DNA of 63,989 nucleotides, the filler included, from Choristocarpus tenellus KU-1152 (taxonomy: Eukaryota > Protista > Phaeophyceae), in assembly GCA_964200185.2 (NCBI GenBank). It is 12 parts of 12 records of this genome, joined end to end, with 100 filler letters (N's around TTAATTAATTAA, not from the genome) between each part and the next. Parts side by side here need not be neighbours in the genome. Positions count along the whole stretch, not along the records: positions 30,941 to 33,535 come from CAXNAD020026437.1; positions 33,636 to 39,995 come from CAXNAD020008303.1; positions 40,096 to 43,799 come from CAXNAD020018417.1; positions 43,900 to 47,856 come from CAXNAD020016941.1; 8 more parts are not named here. One strand, given 5' to 3'. The position numbers and the translations under genes were made by a program. Positions 31,103 to 44,399 of the stretch are shown piece by piece (position 1 is the first letter of the stretch; each line of letters starts with the position of its first letter). Under the pieces are notes generated by a model. The model had not been told where the DNA came from. It was given only the letters and a program-made list of their open reading frames with translations, and searched no databases.

Positions 31103-32986
31103 CGAATGCTGACTACACTGGGACTGACAGAGGAGATCAGCGTGTCAACTCCCATCGATCCTAAAGTGATAGAAGAGGACGCCTTTCGAGACTTATGCGC
31201 TGCACACTGGCGAAAGTACGGGTTGTCCAGCGCACTCTCCAAGACGAGTATGCGCAGCTACTACCGAAGGTGATGCACACATACACTTCTGTAAGGATGA
31301 CTGCCTGCGAGATCTGGTCATACTCTCTAGGACGCAGGACGAACGTCTAATTAATGTGTCCACTCCCTATATCATAACCCTTATTATTACACACAATTTC
31401 AAATGTGAAACATTTGAAAAACGTTCCGTGTGTTTGTCCCGTTTTTTTGGCTGAAGCGAAAAATATACTCCATCATACAGGATCTACAAAAGGGTTGAGG
31501 CTAAGAAGAGCATGTTTCGATGCAAACATGCAGTGGCACCAACTGGACTTCACGTTGCTTTGCTTGTACCTTCTATCTCAACAGTGCCACATTCTCCATA
31601 GAAGAGCTTTATCCTGGTCAAACGAGGGTCCTTTTCTTGAATCAATGACAATCTGTTACGCTTTTGCCTTTTCCCTATAACAGTGGCACAGCAATGGAAG
31701 ATGTCTCTCTTGCATCTTGGTGGTCTACAGTGAATGTCGAGAGCGTTGACCTCGAGCGCAAAACCCCATTTGCCCACCTTGAGCCTTCTGATACGTACGT
31801 CAAAGCATACTACAAACTTTTGGAACTGGAGGTCGCCCTCTCCTCATCTTGCCTCACAACAGATCAGGTGCTAGAAGTGCAAATGCTTCAAGCAATTGAA
31901 AAATATACGTGTACTGCAGACTATACCTCTTTGAGACAAATTGCATTTCTCTGGGTCTGTCCACCAAATTCTGGTGTCCAGAGGGGTGGCATCAACAGGC
32001 AGTAGAAACCTACTTAATAATCCTTCAAAAAAGCTTGTCATCTATACAACCGACTATGGTGTTGTCATCTCGCAACCTCTGTTTTTCAGCTGGCTCGTAT
32101 CCTGCAGAAGTTCCCTCGGGATGACCAGATACGAGCAGAGGTGGTTGTCAGCTTCTACCACAAGGTGTGTTCGTGGACATGGTCGATCATTACAAGTGCC
32201 ACAGAGTGCAAACCGCTTCATTTTTTTCAAGATACTACAGCTAAATACTTGTACATATAAGTGCCTCTCTCCTCTCACCTTCCTTCATTACTTGCATCCT
32301 GTTTCCACAACGTTGGTGCTTCTTCTATCAAACACATGTACGCACATGTATCATGAGGTACACCACGACAGACCTCGGACCAGCAATAGGCAGACAATGG
32401 CGCGCACAAGCTCTTGCTGTAAACGTAACCCCCTTGCTGTTAAACATCTCTCCATCCCAGGTCACAGACATCAACGAGATGTGCTTACTCGTGGACTCAC
32501 TTCGCCCGGACGAGCAAAGGGAGGTACGCACGTTGATGCGTGTGGAAAACAGTCAATGACAATCCCCCTTGCCAACATTTGGACCTGCCTCTCCTCTCCT
32601 GCTGTCTACCTTACACCCATACTGTTCATATCTCCGTTCATGACTGTGGCACACACGAATTCAGGATGTGCCCTGACATTCAATGCGCACATATCATTTC
32701 CAAGTATTGCAATGCTTATAATGTGAGAATTTTATCGAGGTATGTATCCTTTGCTCACATACAATAGCAACCAAAAATGTCCATCTACTTTTCCCCCGTA
32801 GTACTCTCACGGATGAAGTGAAACTGCCAAGAAACACGCCACTCTCAAACAACTGTGAGCTTCAAGGGTATTCACCCAACCTCCAATGTTTGTCACAGAG
32901 GCATGGGGGAAGAACCATGATGATCAAGTCTTGGAGCAGATCCTCGGCATTGCCCTCAAAATGCCCGACTCTTGACTAATTGTTAT

Positions 32987-33020
<34 letters not shown>

Positions 33021-33153
33021 GAACGTCCAAAAAAAGGTGATCAGCCGGCGAGGTCTGTTGAATATTATCAACCCACTGTATGCAGACAGATACTATCACC
33101 TGAACTTGTCGGTTTGGGATGAGAGGGAAACTGCAAAAATACTCATTAAATTG
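31103..33153 (+). CDS. Hypothetical protein, five internal exons (resembles a domain seen in stramenopile LRR-associated proteins)
   Basis: Exons 31103-31269, 31684-31867, 32090-32164, 32461-32523 and 33037-33153 join in phase: ...LTTDQ|LARILQKFPRDDQIRAEVVVSFYHK|VTDINEM...EQRE|VISRRGLLNIINPLYADRYYHLNLSVWDERETAKILIKL. The family call is from memory only. Confidence 0.7.
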
Positions 33154-33635
33154 GTGAGACAAGCAAAGATCGCAACCATATTTGTGAGGAAATAAATTGT
33201 CCACTGCATGGAAGGAGGAATGGCATTTATAGCAAAATTGAAGCAGAGCACTGAACCTCGGCCCAGATAGGGGAAGATTAGTACCAATACTGATGCCCGC
33301 GCCTGCCAGGTTGGGCTTTCAACTGCCACGTCTTGACCTCATCCCCTTCCCACTAAAATGTAAGAGTTTGTGTCCATGTGAGACATACTTTGTATACATA
33401 CATACTATCCCATGATTTTGTTCATTTAAGATTTATCCTGTCATGTGATGGACCCTTTAACCTGGGTGTTGTTGCAGGGTAGGGAATGCAGAGACCCAAA
33501 GTATCTAGGGGAGGGGGGGGGGGGTCTACCCCAGGNNNNNNNNNNNNNNNNNNNNNNNNNNNNNNNNNNNNNNNNNNNNTTAATTAATTAANNNNNNNNN
33601 NNNNNNNNNNNNNNNNNNNNNNNNNNNNNNNNNNN

Positions 33636-33773
33636 ATCACTGGCAGAAGTGGAGAAGCAGCTCGAGAGCACATCCCTGGACCAGGGCGTGAGAGAGAAGC
33701 TTAGTCGGGCTAAGAGGGAGGGGGAGAAGAAAGTGGCCAGTTCAGAAGCCAGTCTTGATGCAAGTGGACAATA
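33636..33773 (+). CDS. Probable terminal exon fragment of an unknown gene
   Basis: Open frame SLAEVEKQLESTSLDQGVREKLSRAKREGEKKVASSEASLDASGQ* at the contig start. Confidence 0.35.
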
Positions 33774-35306
33774 AAAAAACTATATGAAATGAGTCATGCC
33801 AGGAGTGAGTGGGTGCAGGACTAGTGGGGATGAAGATCAACAATCACAAAGTCCAATCGTGTTGAGCACAAAGGGACATAATTATCCCGAAAAATCTCCT
33901 ACCCTCTCAGTCTCATTAATTGTGATTGGAACCTCAGATGTGACACGGATCAACACCAATTAGCATAATTTAAAAAAAAAAGTGTTGTATCTCTCTCAGA
34001 GCATATTTGTTCTCTTCCATGCTATGGAAATTTCTTATAGCATTTCATGCGGACATTCATTCGTACAAATCGGTCTAGTCTTGAAGCATGATTCAGACCT
34101 GTAGTTGTTGGCAATTGCATTCGCCTTGCCAGTTTTTGAGAAATGGTCGGATTCTGTTGTGTCTCCCAGAGACGGTCGAGGAGCAGGTTGTATGACACAA
34201 ATGTGCTAGGGTCGAGTACGAAATCAGATTATGAGTGTAGATAGAAGGAACTTAGGGTTAGGGTTATAAATGCAGACACTCCGATAGAATGAACCAAGCG
34301 CCAAATGGAAAGCACCAACCAAGTCCTAACTCCATCCTACCAAAAAAATCTCCCAATTTTCTTTTCTTTTTGTTCCCATAGCTTGTCCGAAAACATCACG
34401 GAAACATGTGGGAGAGAGCAATGAAGAGCTACAAACGTGTGCATCATGCTCCTCAGGTGCATTTACCACGGCTCCCCTATGCCCCTTCCCTGAGAGAGGT
34501 GGTATATATTTTGCATAGATTGCTAAGAAAAGCATGTGTAAGCCCTGGAGAATCATGGGGTACATGTCAAAACAACACAGCGTACATCTACAACAGTATC
34601 ATTGGCAACATTCTCCAACAATCATTATAATTTAGCTACTATTCTATCTCACTTTGTGCAATATATATATATATATATATATACGAGTAGATTGAAAACG
34701 ATTAATTCTTAACAAGTAACTCTTTCAAGAATGAGCGTTTGGGGAACAGAGACGGAGTAAACGAGAGGACCCAGGTCTTGGCCGTTTTGCATACTAATCC
34801 ATCCATCTTCTGCAAGTCCCCCTTTATTATTAGGGATGAAGTGCTAAGGTTGACTTGAGGCCATTGATTTCTCTATATGTAAGAACATCATCAATAAAAA
34901 AATTAAAAAATCTCTTCATGCGTTTGTAAAAAATAAAAATAAAATCACGTTTGTAAGTATCCTCGAAATGCAACCTTGGGATACCTCTCATCTGCTTTGG
35001 CTCAAGTATTGCTAAGAGCATAGTCTACTATCAATTCATCGAATGAACTATCTATCCTTATGCTTGAATGAAGAGAGTCCACCTGTGGGTTCCAGTCTCT
35101 GTGGAGATTCCACAGAATCTGTATCGCTAAAGACCCTCCACGGGCATCCAAAATTCCGGACAAGTAACCTCGAATGGTATGGTGGTATATGGTATACAGC
35201 AAAGAAAGGTATGTTAATGGACAAGCCTGCTTTCCAGATTATATATGCTTCATCAAGTCAACAGCATGTTGTGCGTTCACTGTGCAACCCCCCCTCCCCC
35301 CTCAAG

Positions 35307-37724
35307 CTTCTTCGTGATGACTTCTCCAAGGCAGCAGAAGTAAGTACTAAAAATTAAAAACCACAAGAGAGTGAAAGTATCTTAGGGTTAGGGTACGAGT
35401 TTTGCCCTGTTTGTCCGTTCAGGGCCTGATTTCTCACGAGTTTTTAATGACATTTTCCTACTCCGAAATGTTTCAGAGCAGGTAAAATGTATGCATTATA
35501 AAAAGGTATGTCCGGAACAAGGATACTGACACTTCCTAAAAAAACATGATAGCCAAAATTACATCAAAATCGGAACATTGGATTTTTGCCCCCAAATGGG
35601 CACGGCTCTTACCTCTTACATACTTTGACTCAAGATAGTTGCGAGACTCTCACTCCTGACCTTTTCTTGGCCGGATAGGTGTCTGTCAATAATCGTAGGT
35701 ACAACAGCATAGAGGAGTGGATAAGAGCAGAGATTGCGGCACAGCAAGAGGCGAGGAGGGTGGTTGAGGAGCAGATGCGGAAAGCCAGGCTAAGAGCAGC
35801 CCGTCGTGCAGTAAGGTATGTGAAACTGTCATTCTTTCTGACTGCACGATATACATGTGCCTTGCCACCTACAATAATTTTTTGGATGTATCACATTGAA
35901 TAATGCAAACGTTGGTGTTAGTAATAGATTGAGGAGGGGCGGCAAGGGGATATGGGAGGTCACAGAGTATGGACATCCCGCTGGTGATGTAAGGCTATTT
36001 TCTATTGAGGAAAAAATTGTTACTGCATAGGTATGTACTCCGAGTATATGATTAAGTAGTATGATATGCCTAAATGCTAGTATATATTACTTCAAAGTAC
36101 TCTGGGAGTATTGCTCTCGTAACATGCTTTTGTTGGTGTGATCTTCACGATGTTTAATGATTAGAAATTTGGTGAGAGCCTCTTGAAGTAAGTTCCCAGC
36201 ACTCCCAGCAAGAGAGCACGAAATGTCCATTGGAGTGAGAGCAAGGCCACTCTGCTAACGAAGTGTGGCGTCTGAGCATCTCCTAGCAATCACAATCTGA
36301 ATGGGAACACCCTACCTGGATTGTGTGTTCAAGTGAAGCAGCCCTGCCAACCAGGGATTGCTGTGGTGGGAAAAGGAGCAAGAAAAGAAGAAAAATATGT
36401 AATGCATATATATATATATATATATATATATAGCAACTGTTGCCATGGAAAATCGTCGGTTCATGAAATATATGGAGTAAATGGATATGTCAAGAGTCAA
36501 AGTATTCTTAGAGGGTAAAGCCGCATCCATTTGGGGGTCAAAATCCAATGTTACAATTCTGATATAATTTTGGCTATCGTGTTTGTTAGGAGATGCCAAT
36601 ATCCTTGTTCCAGACACACTTTTTCATAACATGCACATTTTACCAGCTCTGAAACATTTTGGAGTCTGTAAAATGTTATTAAAAATCTGTGGAAGCCAAG
36701 CCCCAATTGGGCAAACAGGGAAAAATTTGTACCCTCTAAGATATTTTCACTCTAACAATATGAGGATATTATGTTGTACCGGAAACGACTTCCTCATCAT
36801 CGTCCGGTCCCACCTGCTCAGCAATAATTGCACAAAATTTCAAACATTGATGATGTGAAAGACGTAGCTAGGTAATAGTTTGGAGTATAAAATGAATTGT
36901 GGTATTTTGTCATGTAGTGCTCATCTCTTGCAAGCCCCAGGTAGTAGTAACAATGGCGACAGTCCACTCAGAATACGCAATAGACTGCACGTGCGTGGAG
37001 TAGTAGTCTGTCTCTCTTGTCCTCACACGATGTACACTGAAGCTTCCTCCTTCGCAGAAATAAAATGACCTAAGCCACATTTCATATCCGAATAGCACCC
37101 TACCTACCAGAAGCACCCCAGACCTTGTTCTCATTCATTTCCTCAACCTATTCCCCCCCCCCCTAAAAGAAACAGGACATCGCCCATGATGCAGAAATTC
37201 GCAGCCGCCACCCGCACTGTCTCTCTTGTTGGGTTGGCCGCCCATGGTGAGAGTGTAAGGGGAAGTGATGGGTCAGCTCTCCGGCCGAAGGTGAGCTACA
37301 TGAGAGGTGGAGGTACACATGGTAGATACCCATGATAATTAACTTGGTTGAGTGATGCAAATGCTGTTTTCATTCATGTACAAAAAATATATATGCTGAC
37401 AACATGCTTAGATCATAGGTGTGAGGGGTGTCGAAGAGGTTGATAGGCCTATCACGGGCTCCGATTTGAGCGGTTAGAGGTAAGTGGTTGAACTACTTCA
37501 ATGTATTGGTTCAATATATATATATAGTATAGCTACCAAGATTCTGATTTTCTATTGCTTAGTATATGCTGTTCGATTTTGCACCATGTCCTCATCTAAC
37601 CCTCAGTCATTTTTTTCCGTTGTTCTTGCTGTTATCATCATTGTCTAAATATATATTTTAATTTTCCTCCAAATCTATCTCTACATCAGTAACAACAGTA
37701 GTTTGTCTGTATGTAGTATGTATG

Positions 37725-37758
<34 letters not shown>

Positions 37759-39480
37759 TGTATGTATGTATGTATGTATGTATGTATGTATGTATGTATG
37801 TATATATTATGTATTAGTATTATGTATGTATGTATGTATGTATGAATGAATGAATGTATGTATTATTTTTATGTGTCTTGTATGTATATAATATGATATG
37901 TGTATGTATGTACTATGTATGTATTATGTATGTATGCATGCATGCATGTTTGTATTATGTAATAAGTATTATGTATTTTGTGCGCATGTATGTACTTCGT
38001 GCCTTCTAAAAAATGCCCCTATAAACTCCTATTTTCCCTACCGCATTGAGTATCCCTTAACTTGATATAATGGTATAAGCATCATTTCGCCTGAAGTCAA
38101 TCTTCAAACGGAGGAAGTCTGAGAGATTCGCAAAAGATTGTCCTCTTGAGGTGATCTCCTGTGGATGATACTCTCCTTCATGGACTGTACTTTGTAGATT
38201 TTTGTTGTCTGTCCTTTTGTATGAAAGCACGCTACATTGAGAGACATAATCTTATTGTAGAAGGGGCTTCAGTTACTTTTTTTCTGATTTGCGCGTTCAT
38301 GTCCTTACATCCTCCAATCCATACCACAAAACATCCATCTACAGGATCTATATCCACAGACTCTTTGTGGGGGCTACCTGAATTTGAATCATCATGAGAA
38401 TGGGGTATCAAATGCTTACTCTTTGGGTTCATAACAAGAACATTGTCAAAATCCACCCCCGGTTACCATACCCTGGCTCTAATGGAGCACCTGCATCAAA
38501 AGCCTTTTAGAGAAGTATGAGAGGACAACATCACAATAACATATTCCATAAACGCAGATTTTTCTCATTTCCTTATTCCCTCCATCAAAATCGATTCTGT
38601 CTTCATACAGATAGCAGAAAAGAAGACCAGAACATCATCATATAATGCTACCACTGCCACCAACAACTCAAGAATCCATCGAGGTAGTCTTCCCAGGCCA
38701 AGTTCTTCATTACTCTTCACCACCCCCAACATTACAGACGAATCACAGAAAATCCCACGAGAGAGACAGGTCGATGGGATCGTGGAGGTCAGGAAGGCAG
38801 AAAGCAATGGCACTGGAGTTTGGGGAGCCAATGTACCTAGAGGCGACGGATCATTGAACCAAAGTGCCCATCGATCACAAAGTCCATCACCTAGCCTTGA
38901 TAATGTACATAATGCAGACCATAGGAATATCGTTGGCAGGGAAAGCTCATCTGAAAACCTTGATTTTGCCAACGGTGGAATGGAGCTTCCAAGGGTAATC
39001 ACTGCTTCTTCCACCTCTCCTTCCAGAGTGGGCAACAGTGAGGTTTTTGAGATGCACGGTGGTGGTGCTGGAGGATCTGCAAACTCTCCTGGAAAGCGTA
39101 ACGTTCCTGGAAAAAGCGGGGGTGCACTTCCTCCTCGTGGAGGGGCAAAAATCGATTATCACAACGCCACTCGTAGAAGGTCTGCCAACACTAAATTCAC
39201 ACATCCCACAGGTTCAGTCGATGCGCTATCAGGTCTCCTCCATGTCGGCTTTGAAAATGGTAGTATAATTGCTTGTGAGTCCGGGCAGATGGGTAGTAGA
39301 AGTCGTACACCCTTGGCAACAGCACCACAACAAAAAGGTTGGGGCTCAAAGTTTTCTCAGGGACGTTTGGGAAAAAGAACTTCATCAGATGTTGGGACTG
39401 CGGGTGACTATGGATTGCCCAAGCGACTGACCATCCCTGTTGGTCTACTCTTTAATGACCACGACCAGACCTACAATAAA
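35307..39480 (+). CDS. Hypothetical protein (coiled-coil then Ser/Gly-rich low-complexity region), partial
   Basis: Exons 35307-35339, 35679-35815, 37176-37290 and 38611-39480 have AG/GT sites and consistent phases. No family recognised. Confidence 0.6.
35369..35631 (-). mobile_element. MITE family A copy with a telomere-like insertion in its TIR
   Basis: 4-bp TSD AAGA (35365-35368 / 35632-35635). The TIR reads TCTTAGGGTTAGGGTA instead of TCTTAGAGGGTA. Confidence 0.92.
36494..36752 (+). mobile_element. MITE family A copy
   Basis: GAGTCAAAGTATTCTTAGAGGG...AGATATTTTCACTC. Confidence 0.88.
37708..37995. repeat. (TATG)n microsatellite with degenerate flanks
   Basis: Read directly. Confidence 0.95.
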
Positions 39481-40628
39481 GTAAGAACAATGGAGCAAGC
39501 AGCGGGCAGGGGCACAGCAGGGAAGCGAATAGAGGGATGTGTGGGGGAGAGAGGGGAAGCAGATCAGTATATTGTGCCTGCCTGGAAACCCCGGTCGTTC
39601 AAGAAGCGTTACCTAATGACAACCACTTATGCCTGACTCCTTCTTCTATCCTGCACTACAACTATAACTGTCTCTAGGAGATCTTGTGCTGTCATGAATC
39701 TTTCAAAACTTAAACAACACCGGAAGCAGTGGTATTAGTAGTAGTACTAGTACTAGTACTAGTACTTGTAGTAGTAATGCTTGGAGTTGTAGTGGTAGTT
39801 GTAGTAGTAGTAGGAGTGGTAGTAGTGGAAGGGTAGTTGATGAGTGATGAAAAGATTAAAGGGGTGAACGGAAGTGGTTGGATGCACAATGTGTGATACA
39901 CCAGTCATTTTTTTGTTGGTATAATCTACAAAAACTAGAAAAGTCCACTACCTACAGCATAGAGAGAGCATGCTTGACTTGCTTGCCCCCCCCCCNNNNN
40001 NNNNNNNNNNNNNNNNNNNNNNNNNNNNNNNNNNNNNNNTTAATTAATTAANNNNNNNNNNNNNNNNNNNNNNNNNNNNNNNNNNNNNNNNNNNNCACTC
40101 TCTGCTGTGGGGAGCGGGATTCCCCCAACAAAAACAGTGAGCGGCCCGGAGAGGAAGGGGGGGGGGGGGAGGGCAGAACATAGGTTAGTGATTGGAGATT
40201 TTCAGCGGGAGGGTGCACCACAGTAGTCAGGGGACGAAGCTAGGGGAAGGGGGAGTTTTATCATGACTCTTACTTGAGTTGGGTAGTACTGTGGAGGTCC
40301 TCGTGAGGAGCTTTTATGTACTATGCAAGTACGTAAATCAATGTTACCTCATGTATTCTGCTTGTTTCATAGCCCCTTTTCATTTACACGGTGAGAAGCA
40401 GCATGACAAAATTAAAAAGGATCAACATATCCAACTTCTCCATATAATATTAGTCTTGCTCACAACAAAAATGCCCTCCTTAACACAATCGCTTTTTCTG
40501 CTCTCATCTCCACCTTATTCAGAAGGGTGACCTCATACATTGACAGAAACCTGAAAGAATGCCTCCTACCTTAATACAAATCCATTTTCAGGAAGCTATG
40601 TAAAATCTCCTTCCTCACCTGATACAAC

Positions 40629-43485
40629 CTTCACCATACTCAGCAGAATGAGTTGCTCTGGGGTCACAGGGAAGAAAAAATCGTCTTCTTCCTTCTCCTG
40701 CTCCCTCCCTTGCTCGCAACTCTCAAGCTCTGTCTGGCTGTAGCTTCCCTCCCCATTGTCCCTCCCCATTGTCTCTACCCCTCTATCCCTGACCTGACTT
40801 CCTATACGAATGCCAACTGCCTCGTAGACCTCCCCCACCAATCGTGCCGACACAAAGCAGCCAAACAGAAGGTACAGCCACTCTGCTGCAGGGTCTGCTT
40901 GGTGCACTTCCTCATGCCTGCCCCCCATCCCCATCCTGGAAGCCCTAGGAGGCACCCCCTCAGCTTCCTGTCCACTTTCTCTGCCTGCATCAACTGGTTT
41001 GGTAGCCGCAGGTACTTGCTCCATTGAGCAATCTGAAGCAGGAAGGGTGACACAGGCAAGGTCACAGCTGGTAGGCCTTGTCGGAACAACCTTGAATCGC
41101 ACGCATCAGAGGTGCAACAATGTGAGATATTTCAGGTGGAATAATAGTTGGAGAATGGGTGAGGAGGTGAGGGATGGGATCTGAGCAATGGCAGGGGTCG
41201 AAAACCTGTGATACCTTAGGATAACGTAGAACAAGTATATCAGAGATGCACCAGTGTGCTACTACGATAGAACTTGGAAAGAAAATCTCAGTCCTTTACA
41301 AATGGCAGAGTGTCAAATGCATCTTGTGCTGCATGCCTCAAAGTTTGATGTTTGCTCTCCTACTCTACTGTAGATTTTAACAGTAAACAAAAGCACTAAG
41401 TAGTATATTGCATAACACTGTGAGCAAAAGCAAAGAGCAGTCACAGTTTGGGAGGACTGATTCAGATGATCAGGGGTCCAGTTGATCCGGTCTATGCAGA
41501 TTTTTTTGTCAGCATAGTAGTCAATAAAAATGCTGGAGAGCACCCTGGCAGCTGCGCAGCAGTACTGCGCCCACATCATTGGTGGGAGGACTTGCAAATA
41601 TTGGAATTTTTTTTTTGAATGGTCTGCCTTAAGTCGATGAACAAGACAGCAACACCGAAACACCACTTAGGTAGGAGGACTTCACAAGGGCTGTGGGAGC
41701 AGGTGGTATAGAGAACTACGTGTCAATCATGCAATCAGCCTACTCAACTGGAATTCATCTTCTAGTTAAACATCTACTACTGTTATCCTTCAGAGTACTC
41801 TGCTTCTACCCTTGAGAGGAGTCACCAGACGAGTCATCCACAAAGGCACATATTAAGTATTTTTCCTTCTGAAAAAGTTTCTTTCTAAGACACGAATGAA
41901 TAATATTACCTAGTATAACAGTAATCACGTGACACATTTGAGCTAGAACATACGGTCCTCGTTGTGATTCCAAGCATGTGGTTCACATCATAATTCACAG
42001 ATTGTAACTTCACAATTGGAACTATTCGCCACTACAAGTAATCAACCAAAGTACACACTATTTGGAAGTATTTCAAAAAGAGGTTGCACTTCATGTTGCG
42101 ACCACCCCTCTCTCCCTTTCTAGTAACATACCTGCATGAGGAGGCAGCAGAAGGCTCGGTCCGCAATAAGCTGTTCCAACCGCTGCCTGCCACCACCATT
42201 CTCACTATGACTACTCCCCTCGGTCTCCAGCTCCGTTATCACACAACCATGTACCAGTACAACAACATACAATAGCAGGCAGCGATTGGACTTGAGACGA
42301 TGTAGCAGCTCCTACCAAATTTGTCCACACACGCAAACACACCCCATAGCCCCCACAAAATGGGGGGGGGAACAAGACAGCAGCGACAGAATGCAAAGAA
42401 GGCGGCTTAGAGGGGGTCTTGAGTGTTGTCATTGCTGCACACAACTTTGTAACATGGCATACATACATTTCCACGCCATTCCATCTCCCACCACTCAGAC
42501 AAGAATTTTACCAGTCCAACTAACTCATCCTCTCTGTTTCCCATTTTGCACGACCCACGAGATTTACTCTCTAACCCTGCCCTACCCACCACAAGCCCAC
42601 CCACACGCACCATGAGCATTCGGGGAAAACAACAATCCCACAGAAGACCTTTGTTTTGGTTGTTGCCAGTGACAAAGTTACACGCAAACTGGAGGGTCGC
42701 CTGCACCGCTTGCTGAACATCTACAGCTGCTGCTGGCACTGCCCTTACTCCCATGTCTGGACCAGGATCTGCTGCAACTGGCTCAGGGTGCTGGTCACAG
42801 ACTGCTGAAAACCTTCTTTTTGTGTAAGGCGCCTGCTCAGAGGCAAACTCTAGCGCCTGAGGCAGTAAGCATGTTCATGTACTAGTCTGTTAGTGAAGAA
42901 ACACTTGTGATCGGTAGCGTCTACTTGTTCCTAACCCCATTATTAACACAATAATATGGTCTAGCTTTAACTAGTGGCTTATTACTGGACTCCCTTGACC
43001 ACATGAGGGGCTCCCTATTGAGGCAGGAAAATTAGAGGCACATAAATCAGGGGATAATATCATTTGTGCTTGGTTAACGCCAGATTAAAATGTGTTTGAG
43101 CAATCAAAGAGCCAAGGGGGGGGGGAAGCAACAACTCTCACAGGAATTGGCAATACAGGTTTCTAATTGTGTTGAGAATACACCAGCAATTTTTCCTTAC
43201 CTCCTCAAGCAGCCCCCACCCCCTAAGGGCATCCTGGTTCACTGTGCATGTGACACAAGCATCACTTAGAGTTCTGAATGCCAGGGTCAGGGTTCGTGCC
43301 ACTTCTATGCTTACAATGGGCTCTTCGCTGTCATTATTCCCTTCCTCCTCTTCCTCCTCCAGTGGTGCATCACTATTCTCTTTCCCTACCCCAAGAGACA
43401 AATTCTTCCTACGACAAGCTGGTGAGGCAAGGGCCCCTTTTATTACCCTCACAATCCTTGGTAAAACAGATTCATCATCAAACAC
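40629..43485 (-). CDS. Ataxin-10-like ARM-repeat protein, internal exons
   Basis: Exons 43485-43201 (AFRTLSDACVTCTVNQDAL), 42856-42611 (LQFACNFVTGNNQNKGLLW), 42311-42132 and 41090-~40629 (EWLYLLF; TPEQLILL). Motif order matches the ATXN10 N-terminal region as I recall it. Confidence 0.7.
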
Positions 43486-44399
43486 CTGATGCCTTGCAGG
43501 TGGGAGGCCAGAGTGCCAAGGAGGGGGGGGAGGGAGGGTATTAACAGTAGGAGGGATAAGGGCATGAAGCAAAAATATGTAGGACCTTTTTCAAGCTTGA
43601 ATCAGCAGATAAATGCACTCACCAGAAACCTACACACAATAAAGTCGCTCCAGTAACATATGGTCAATTACCATGTTAAGCTGTCCTTGACGATCTGTTG
43701 TCCCACACAACTAGTTATATTATTGTTTATTAACTTGTACCACAGTTGAGAAGAGAGTGAGATACCTTCACTAGGTGGGGCTCACCAGTCCTTACACTTN
43801 NNNNNNNNNNNNNNNNNNNNNNNNNNNNNNNNNNNNNNNNNNNTTAATTAATTAANNNNNNNNNNNNNNNNNNNNNNNNNNNNNNNNNNNNNNNNNNNNC
43901 CAAGGCTTCCGGCAGGCAGGAAGGGCCTATCACGCGTTCTTGAACAAGAGACGTGGATACCTGGAACATCATGTGCGTACATGTGACAGCCCAACAATGT
44001 GGCAGTGAAGTGGGTTAGCCATGCAATAAGGTTTTATCACATATGTACGGGTTATTCCGGCGTTGCTTAAAGATGTTGTGGTGTACTGCAGCACGTTTGT
44101 TTTTTGTTCGTGCGGGGAAGGAGGACATTACGATGTACCGATGATCGCGTCAAAGTCTTGGGGACTCGCGATTTCCAGCGGTGGTGTGGGTAACTGCGTG
44201 GACCCTGTTAGCAACGTGTAAACATCTACAAGGAAACATCACTAGTACAATTGCACGCCCGAGACCTATCCATAGGGAACGAAGACAGACAACAAGTTGG
44301 AAAGCCAGCACATCCTTCTTACCTTCCACTTGCCATCCTTGTAGGCTTGGCCGAAGGACGTGACCATCTTCTCTTTCACCTCGTCCTTTGACACCGCGT

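Noticed and set aside
31941-32726. 261-aa ORF
   Set aside because: It spans two real exons that are read in other frames plus intron sequence.
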